This document shows, piece by piece, positions 56,971-64,000 of a stretch of DNA of 64,000 nt (position 1 is its first letter; every line of letters begins with the position of its first letter). The DNA is taken from positions 13,764 through 77,763 of IMG/VR virus record IMGVR_UViG_2841277917_000004, one strand, 5' to 3'. This stretch comes from a virus. Lineage: Duplodnaviria; Caudoviricetes. A program made the translations under genes and the position numbers. A model generated the notes under the pieces. The model did not search any database, was not told the origin of the DNA, and saw nothing but the letters and a program-made list of their open reading frames with translations.

Positions 56971-57423
56971 TTGGTTTTTCTAGTACTTTTATTTTTTACA
57001 CTCAATCTAATTTCATTATTTAAAGGCAGCTTATTTTACAAATCAAATTATAAGGCTTATGAATTTACTGTTAGACAGTATGAGGGTAGCTTAACAGAAG
57101 AAGAAACTAAGGATTATGGAATCAGAATTTTTATCAGTTTTATACTATCAATTGCATGGGTTACTACACAAATTATATTTTACTTAAATGCCCTATTTAT
57201 CGACCAGCTTAAGTTTTATACAACTATCATGATAGCAGTTATGATTACAAATATTTTAGTCAATGTAATTAAAAATAAAAAATCTAAAGTGGAAAATGAT
57301 CAAGACTTAGAGGAACTAAAAAAACAAATGTATTCATTAAAGAAACATACTTTTAAGCAGAAATTTCATGCTCTTCTCTGCATCTGTTATTTTGCATGCG
57401 CTTTTTATGTACTGGTACTCTAA
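56971..57423 (+). CDS. integral membrane protein
   Basis: Four hydrophobic segments. Confidence 0.65.
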   Translation: MVFLVLLFFTLNLISLFKGSLFYKSNYKAYEFTVRQYEGSLTEEETKDYGIRIFISFILSIAWVTTQIIFYLNALFIDQLKFYTTIMIAVMITNILVNVIKNKKSKVENDQDLEELKKQMYSLKKHTFKQKFHALLCICYFACAFYVLVL

Positions 57424-57465
57424 TAAAAACAGACTTTCATCATGTTAGTTAGCAAGGGGGATTAT

Positions 57466-58251
57466 ATGATTGCAAGGAACGACCAAGGACAACTAGTTTA
57501 TAACGGTGATACATTTAAAATTGTATTGCAACGATATTCAGATCCTGAAAGACTAAACTCAGCAAGAAATGCAGCTATATATTTAGGAAAATCTGACCGA
57601 GACAACACTAGAAGACCACTCAGTATAATCAAACAAGGTCATGTAATTGAAATTTTTAGAGGTGAGTATGCTGAATTCGAATTTATCGATGTAGATAAAA
57701 CAACATATGATCATATCATTACATACACGACTCGAAATATGCGTGTAGCTGGTGGCAATCGAGCATTGACTTCTGATTCCTACACAATTCCAAGCGATAA
57801 AATTAAAAATTCAGAAGCTGTATCCCAAGCAATTGATAACTCAATGTGGAACTATAAACAATTAATTGAGCTTGGGGAGACAAAACAAGTAGCTAGATCA
57901 GCAATGCCAACATCAGCAAAAATGAATCCTTTCGTTTATCAATTCAACTTTGTCACTCTAATGCAAGCAGTTTTCCCTCAACGAATTTGGGAGAAGGGAG
58001 CACAAAGTAATACTTCAAAAGTTATCAAAGGAATGTGGGAACTGGTTCACTCTATTGACTCCGAGCTGTGGGATATTGCTTATGATACCTTTGGAGTGCC
58101 AGCAGTAGAATGGAAAACTGTTAGAAGTAAATTAAATAAAAATAAAATAACTACAAATCAATTAATTGATAAACTTAAAGAGAATCAATTAGATATGCCT
58201 CTTGAAAGTGTATTACGTTCGATGTTTGGGGCGCAAAAGAGCATGTGGTAA
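57466..58251 (+). CDS. thyX: divergent FAD-dependent thymidylate synthase (ThyX-like)
   Basis: IKQGH..IF...AEFEF, QVARSAMP, R....AQ pattern; nucleotide-metabolism context; RHR motif not canonical. Confidence 0.6.
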   Translation: MIARNDQGQLVYNGDTFKIVLQRYSDPERLNSARNAAIYLGKSDRDNTRRPLSIIKQGHVIEIFRGEYAEFEFIDVDKTTYDHIITYTTRNMRVAGGNRALTSDSYTIPSDKIKNSEAVSQAIDNSMWNYKQLIELGETKQVARSAMPTSAKMNPFVYQFNFVTLMQAVFPQRIWEKGAQSNTSKVIKGMWELVHSIDSELWDIAYDTFGVPAVEWKTVRSKLNKNKITTNQLIDKLKENQLDMPLESVLRSMFGAQKSMW

Positions 58252-58455
58252 TAAAGAATACATAGCAAATTTCAATGTGTGTACGGTGGATATAAGATTA
58301 GTTTTCCGTATCCATCGTTACACATAGAGGTGTAATATGAGCGACTATTGTACAGTCATTAATCAATTTAAAGAGCTACCTGATAGCCCAATAATTGGTG
58401 ATACTTATTTTGTCTGTGAAGCAGCATCTTTTTTCAAATCGACAGTTTTCTTTAT

Positions 58456-59916
58456 TTGGAGCGGAGATGGATGGGAGATATTAAACTATGGAGGAGTTTA
58501 GATATGTGCAGAACAGTTGAACTTGCAAATGTATTAGTTGACACTCTAAATGAACTAGTCAGCATTGAAGAAGTTTCTAGTCAGCAGTTGAGTATCCTAG
58601 ATAAACAACTATCAGAAGCATACCACGACCTTGAAACACTGACATTTAACGCTTCCCAAGGATACAAGATAGCGAAGCATATACAAGAAATACTTCATGA
58701 AAGACGAAAAGTAAAAAATGAATTTAGTTGCATTCAAAGTTTATCTCAATCTATGGATATAGAGAAATATAGAAGAAACATACTCAATGTGAAGCAAAAA
58801 GTAGACAAGGTATTTGAGAAGAGTAAGGATTTAATAGAGAACCGTGGTTCATACGATTACATATTCAATACATAGAAAACTCTTTACTAAGCAATTAATG
58901 AAATGTCCATTTTATCAAACATAGAAGGAGTGAAATTGTTTGCTTAAACAGATATTTGGATTTGACCAAGATACATTAAAGAAAGGGCAGGCTGTAAAGA
59001 TAGGGGATAAAAAAAGAGTTTACCCAAGTAGAAAATATCGTGATCCTAATGAAACTGAATATGAAAATGAAAATTTAGCTGGCAATTACTTAGTTTATGA
59101 TGTAGAAGTGCTTCTTTTAAAATTAACCACCAGTGAAGGTGGGAGAATAAATGTTCCAATTAATCATTTTACAGGTGAGAATCCACGGATGACTATTAGA
59201 ATACTGGAGTAAAGATTATGAATAAAAATTGGAATGAACTATCAGTAGAAGAAAAAAAGTGGCTGTTTGAATGGAATAAAAGAAATGTCAGAAAGGAGGG
59301 AATTAAAAACTGGATGTTATCTATGTAATACATAAAGATGGTAAGCGTTGGGAGAATGATGGTCGAAAAATTGCGTATCTAAAAAAGAGTGCTGCTAAAG
59401 GTGTTATTACAAACGAATGCAATAAGTACGCTTCTGATAGGGTTTGGAATAGGGAAGATTATTTTAGTGAAGCATATCAAATTGCTAAAGATATAGCTTT
59501 TGATGAAGAGTTTGAACGATTTAAGATTGTTGAATATGTTCCAAGAGGGGAGCAAATATGAATACTAAATGTGAAGATGACTAACTAATAAAACGAATTT
59601 TAATCAGACACCAATGGGAGATGAATGCATGAAATCAGTTCCTGACGATTCACCTAAAAGAAATGTATATTATTGCGAATATAAAGGAAAAAACAACTCG
59701 TTTCACTCGATTGTAACTGATGATTATGAATATGCTCTATCGATCGATTCAAAACCGCAATTGGCAACATTACAGCAACTTAAAGTTTATGCGAATGTGG
59801 GAGAAGTATTTTATGGTTTATTGAATACATATGATGGAACTGTTGAATGGAAAGAGTATACATATACTGATAAATTCGGTGAAGAAGAAACATTTGAAGA
59901 TTACATTCTAATTTAA
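58456..59916 (+). other. hypothetical genes (about 58504-58875 coiled-coil, 58940-59212, 59614-59916)
   Basis: ORFs with RBSs. Confidence 0.55.
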
Positions 59917-60184
59917 AGATGGATTCAAATTTACAAGTCTTGTTTTTACATATTATAAGGATGAAAATGTATTGTGATTACTTATTGAGGAGTGGACATC
60001 ATGACAAGCAATACAGAAGAGTATCAAGAGTTTAAGTTACACTTTGCAAAAGCTGTAAGCGAAATGTCTGCAAATGAACAGAGAAAATTATTTAAATTGA
60101 TCAGAAGAGAATCAAAAAGAAGTCCTGTAACCAAAAGGCTACAGCCCTAAATGATTACAGGACTTCAAGAAGGAGGTAGAGAGC

Positions 60185-60748
60185 ATAGCAAAACTTATAT
60201 TTAAGTATGGACAAATGAACAGTTCTAAAACCATGAATTTGCTATCAACAGCTCATAATTTTGAAGAAGGTGGTAAAACGGTATTAATTTTAACTTCATC
60301 AATTGATAATAGGTATGGTGTAGGAAAAGTTACCTCACGAGTAGGTATCCAGAGAGACGCTATTTCGATTGATGAATCTGTTAGGGTATATAAATTAATT
60401 GAAGAGATGCATCCTGATTATGTTTTGGTAGATGAAGTTTCCTTCTTTAAAAAAGAAACAATCATGGAACTTGTAAAAGTGGTGGATGAATTAAACATTG
60501 ATGTTATTTGTTATGGACTACTAAAGGATTTTAGAGGTGAACTATTTGAAGGCAGCTATTATTTACTGGCTCATGCGGACAAAATTGAAGAGATAAAAAC
60601 AACATGCTATTTCTGTAAAAAGAAAGCAACACATATTTTAAAATTTATAGATGGTAAGCCCATTTATACTGGAGAGCAAATAGAAGTAGGTGGCAATGAT
60701 ACATATAAGTCAGTTTGTAGACAGCACTATTTCAAAGGTATTAATTAA
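60185..60748 (+). CDS. tdk: thymidine kinase (probable ATA start)
   Basis: IAKLIFKYGQMNSSKT, VLVDEV, CYGL.KDF.GELFEGS, CYFC...CRQHY zinc site. Confidence 0.9.
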   Translation: MAKLIFKYGQMNSSKTMNLLSTAHNFEEGGKTVLILTSSIDNRYGVGKVTSRVGIQRDAISIDESVRVYKLIEEMHPDYVLVDEVSFFKKETIMELVKVVDELNIDVICYGLLKDFRGELFEGSYYLLAHADKIEEIKTTCYFCKKKATHILKFIDGKPIYTGEQIEVGGNDTYKSVCRQHYFKGIN

Positions 60749-61518
60749 TTAAAAATATATAAGTGGTGATTAATTGGATAGATTTAATTTTAAAGATGAA
60801 AATGAATTAGTGGGGCGATGCTTACTTCCCAGTTGTAATGAAGAATGCTATGAAGGAAACAGTGTGTATTTCACTGATGAAGGTATAATTTGTTCCGATT
60901 ATTGCTTGATTAAATATACCAGTAATCGCTTAGGTGTAGTTTTTGGGACTCTTGATAAAGATGGACAGCTAAAAATGGAACTACCAAAATAAAAAAGGAG
61001 AAAAGAGAAAACATTTGAAAGCAGAAAAGAAAAGGTATTATTACCCAACAACATGTGATAACGAAATTGTATACATAGTTACTAAATGCACTATTGAAGA
61101 AGCAAAAGAAAAAGGATATTTAGACAGACATCCAAGCAAGAAAAGCGCACATAAAAGTTATGTAGGATTAAGCAGCACAGCTTCTCTATATAACCTGCAC
61201 AGAGATTTAAAGGGAAGATATCATGGCTATGAATGACATAAAAATTGGGGGAATAAGATGAATATAAATAACGCAAGTGTCTCTAATTATTATAATTATT
61301 TAATCACAAAATATTGCAACAGAAATTTAAGCGAACAAGATCGAATAATAGCCAAAAGTAAAATGGATGTCATTCAGGATTTAGTCGGGATCTATGAACA
61401 TGGATATGAAGAGGATTTGTTTTTGAATGAAATGGGAAGACCAGCGCTTCCAGAAGAAATAAAAGCTGCAATAAGAAAGTTTAATTAATACATATAAAAT
61501 AAAAAATAAAAATATGGG

Positions 61519-62115
61519 ATGGTCTTATTGAATAAAAAGAAATTTAGACTTACATCGCCAATGCCACCATCAGTAAACCACTATCTGGGATATAGAGCAG
61601 TCCCCAAAAAGAAGAAAGGCAGGACAGTATATATTGTAGTCCCATATCTCACAAAAGAAGCAAGAGATTATAAAGAAATGTTTTCAAAATACGCCATGAA
61701 ACAAGTAAAAGAGCAAGGATGGGATATCGAGAAGACGAGAAATAGGCATTATTACATGGACTGTGTTTATTACTTCCCACGTATTGATATGGACGAACAG
61801 AATTACCCTAAATGCATGAGTGATGCTTTAAATGGAATTACATACATAGATGATAATTTTATCCTTACTAGAGCAAATCGAATATATTACGATAAGAAAA
61901 ATCCAAGAGTTGAAATTGAAATAAGTGAAGTTGATTATATAGGAATTTTTGATAACGAAAAAGAGTTAATTGAATTTGAAAACAAATGTAAGACATGTGC
62001 AAGGTATAAGCGAAACTGTTCAATTTTAAAGAAAGCAAAAGAAGGTCGAATACAAGAAGAAATTGATGAGGGTAAAAACTGCATTAAATTTTCAAGACTT
62101 AAGAAGGAGAGATAG
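61519..62115 (+). CDS. RusA-family Holliday junction resolvase
   Basis: PPSVNHY, DEQNYPKCMSDAL, YIDD, NPRVEI. Confidence 0.8.
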   Translation: MVLLNKKKFRLTSPMPPSVNHYLGYRAVPKKKKGRTVYIVVPYLTKEARDYKEMFSKYAMKQVKEQGWDIEKTRNRHYYMDCVYYFPRIDMDEQNYPKCMSDALNGITYIDDNFILTRANRIYYDKKNPRVEIEISEVDYIGIFDNEKELIEFENKCKTCARYKRNCSILKKAKEGRIQEEIDEGKNCIKFSRLKKER

Positions 62116-62118
62116 CTA

Positions 62119-62298
62119 ACGAATATTATCAATATAAAAGAGGATAAATATATAATCACATACAACACTGATGGCACAGCACAGGCTGAATGTAAAAAAA
62201 ACAAAAGAGGATTCCATGTAATGCTTTCTTTTACTAATTGTAAAAGTAAAAATAAGATTGCTACGGACTCACTAAGAAGATTCTATATAAATGCGTAA
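62119..62298 (+). CDS. unannotated 59-aa ORF (ACG/ATT start), candidate recombination directionality factor
   Basis: Open frame (T)NIINIKEDKYIITYNTDGTAQAECKKNKRGFHVMLSFTNCKSKNKIATDSLRRFYINA* 9 nt after AAGGAG; terminator at 62305-62333. Confidence 0.45.
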   Translation, partial: TNIINIKEDKYIITYNTDGTAQAECKKNKRGFHVMLSFTNCKSKNKIATDSLRRFYINA

Positions 62299-62304
62299 AT
62301 TTTT

Positions 62305-62333
62305 AGCCTTGAACTTATACTTCAAGGCTTTTT
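62305..62333 (+). terminator. rho-independent terminator before the integrase
   Basis: AGCCTTGAA / TTCAAGGCT stem followed by a T run. Confidence 0.75.
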
Positions 62334-62389
62334 ATATTCATATTTTTATTTTATAATTAATATAATAAGGCTGAGGAGGTCTAATTAAA

Positions 62390-64000
62390 ATGAAGAAAAG
62401 AGTATGGGCACTATATAGGGTGTCAACTGATCGTCAAGTTACCGAAGAAGATATTCCCATGCAAAGAAAGGCAGTACATCAGTTTATGCAAAGTAAGTCG
62501 AACTGGGTACTTGAAAAAGAACTTAGTGAATTAGGGGTTTCTGGGTACAAAAAAAGCGTATCAGAACGTGACAAGATTCAATTAATAAAAAAAGGAGCTG
62601 AGAATAAAGAGTATGATATTTTATTAGTTTGGAAAGACGATAGGCTAGGTAGGAATAAATTTGAAATTCCTTTTATGTTGGAATATTTAAAGAAAAATGG
62701 AATCGAAGTTTGGTCAGTTGTAGATGGAGTGCTAAATAAAGATGAGAGACATGAAGATAGCTTAGTGAGTTTTCTTAGATTTTGGGTTGCCGAAGGTGAG
62801 AGTAAGAAAACATCAACAAGGGTTACAGAGGCAATTAAGCAAATGAATGAGGAAGGGAAGTGGACAGGAGCAAGAGTTCCTTATGGTTATGAGGTTTATG
62901 ATACCAATCAAAAACATCTCAAACATGAAAAAACGATGAAAAATATCAGAATAAATGAAGAGCAATCTAGAATAGTTAAGCTTATGTTTCTCCTTGTGTT
63001 AGAAAAAGGGTATGGAGCGGATAGAATTACGAATTATTTAAACGAATGCGGTATACCTTCTCAAAGCGGTGTCAAATGGAGAAACAATGTTGTTAGACGG
63101 ATTTTGCGTAATCCTATTTACAAGGGCGAGCAACGATACGGAACCACGTATAGCAATAATAAGCTAAAGCCTGTTGAAAAGATTAAGCTAAAACCTAAGA
63201 GAGATGATTTAGTAATTATTTCTGATGAGATTTTTGATGAAGTGCAAAATATTATTGATTCTAGAAAAATTCAAAAAGATGAATCTGAATATAAAGTTGT
63301 TGCACCTAGCAAGTATTTGCTTTTAAATGGTTTAGCAAAGTGTGGGTATTGTGGTTCAAGGCTATTTGTGGATTCTTCAACAAAAACAAAAATAAAGAAG
63401 AATGGAGAAAAAAGCAGCTATACTTATTGGAGATATATTTGCCGAGAAGGAACTAATCATAGAGAGACACATCCAAAATGTTACTTCGGGGCAAAAAAAT
63501 ATGACTACGAAACTGAGGAAGTAATTATAGAAACAATGAAATTAATTGAACTCAATGGATTAGAAGAAGCAGTCAATGAATCAAAAAAGTTGAAAATAGA
63601 AAATGAATTGATAGTTAGAAAAAACATCATCAAAGAGATAGATGAAACAAAACAGCAGCTAGAGGCTGTAAAAAAATTGATAATAAAAATTGCTATGGGT
63701 GAAAGTAAATTATCAGAAGAATATGTTGAGGAACAGATCAACAATAAAGAGGAGGAGTTAAAAGAGTATCAGAGAAGACTAGATGAATGTAATGAAAAAA
63801 TTGCAGACCTAGAGAATGAAAATAAAAAGACTATTAAAATTAAATCTGAACTTTGTAATTGGGAAGAAAAATATAGAAATGCCGATTGGGATTCTAAGAA
63901 GACAATGTTATCTAGAGTATTGGATAGCGTGGAGTATGGTGATGTAATAAAAATTAATTTTAATATCATAATAAACGAGCTTTTAAAGCAATCAATGTAG
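62390..64000 (+). CDS. large serine recombinase (phage integrase, SprA-like)
   Basis: YRVSTDRQ catalytic Ser, DRLGRN, PYGY, ILRNPIYKG, CGYCGS zinc ribbon, coiled coil. Confidence 0.93.
   Translation: MKKRVWALYRVSTDRQVTEEDIPMQRKAVHQFMQSKSNWVLEKELSELGVSGYKKSVSERDKIQLIKKGAENKEYDILLVWKDDRLGRNKFEIPFMLEYLKKNGIEVWSVVDGVLNKDERHEDSLVSFLRFWVAEGESKKTSTRVTEAIKQMNEEGKWTGARVPYGYEVYDTNQKHLKHEKTMKNIRINEEQSRIVKLMFLLVLEKGYGADRITNYLNECGIPSQSGVKWRNNVVRRILRNPIYKGEQRYGTTYSNNKLKPVEKIKLKPKRDDLVIISDEIFDEVQNIIDSRKIQKDESEYKVVAPSKYLLLNGLAKCGYCGSRLFVDSSTKTKIKKNGEKSSYTYWRYICREGTNHRETHPKCYFGAKKYDYETEEVIIETMKLIELNGLEEAVNESKKLKIENELIVRKNIIKEIDETKQQLEAVKKLIIKIAMGESKLSEEYVEEQINNKEEELKEYQRRLDECNEKIADLENENKKTIKIKSELCNWEEKYRNADWDSKKTMLSRVLDSVEYGDVIKINFNIIINELLKQSM

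Larger units (their letters stand above)
68..58915. repeat. Dispersed intergenic palindrome ATRAAA-N6-TTTYAT (about 20 copies)
   Basis: Exact copies start at 625, 2725, 8515, 9616, 14255, 21149, 33713, 40545, 44484, 55756, 57423, 58898; near copies at 68, 1263, 12709, 16178, 38412, 41329, 46904, 46932, 55732. Confidence 0.85.
1..64000 (+). mobile_element. SPbeta-like large temperate phage/prophage, early-regulatory-replication half; extends beyond the window
   Basis: Gene order aimR-aimP / DndB-like / YopR-like, yorF-L-like replication operon, YopX genes, nrdIEF with group I intron, terminal serine integrase; dense co-oriented small ORFs. Confidence 0.93.

Noticed and set aside
68-58915. CRISPR array or classical integron attC sites
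   Set aside because: The repeats are 18 bp, irregularly spaced by whole genes, and lack RYYYAAC/GTTRRRY ends; no cas or intI gene is in the window
2428-59605. Weak palindrome look-alikes at about 2428, 8207, 11498, 19742, 34519 and 59588
   Set aside because: Two or more mismatches or the wrong spacer length, so they were excluded from the count, although they are also at gene junctions
1-64000. tRNA/rRNA genes and most short antisense ORFs in the track
   Set aside because: No cloverleaf or rRNA signatures were recognised by eye; the antisense ORFs overlap well-supported genes and lack RBSs

Overview
This window is one continuous, AT-rich segment of a large SPbeta-like temperate phage or prophage of a spore-forming Firmicute (Bacillales; a Brevibacillus/Paenibacillus-like host is my inference). 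It covers the early, regulatory and DNA-metabolism half of the genome and contains no capsid, terminase or lysis module. In order: accessory genes; an arbitrium-like lysis/lysogeny locus (aimR split by a 7-bp duplication, and an unannotated aimP encoding the peptide DAGERP twice); a DndB-like/MrpR(YopR)-like repressor pair; many small early genes; an intact SPbeta-type replication operon (SSB-like, Sak4-like ATPase, DnaB, primase, RecJ, DnaE); an ATP-dependent ligase; nrdI-nrdE-nrdF (group I intron with a GIY-YIG endonuclease in nrdF) and a YmaB-like NUDIX gene; a divergent ThyX, Tdk and RusA; and a large serine integrase ending at the window edge. Self-contained secreted-protein morons and several gene remnants are interspersed. 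The most striking unexplained structure is an 18-bp palindrome, ATRAAA-N6-TTTYAT with a variable 6-bp core. It occurs about 20 times at the junctions between accessory genes, which suggests an integron-like gene-cassette acquisition system. All family calls come from motif recognition by eye, not from database searches.
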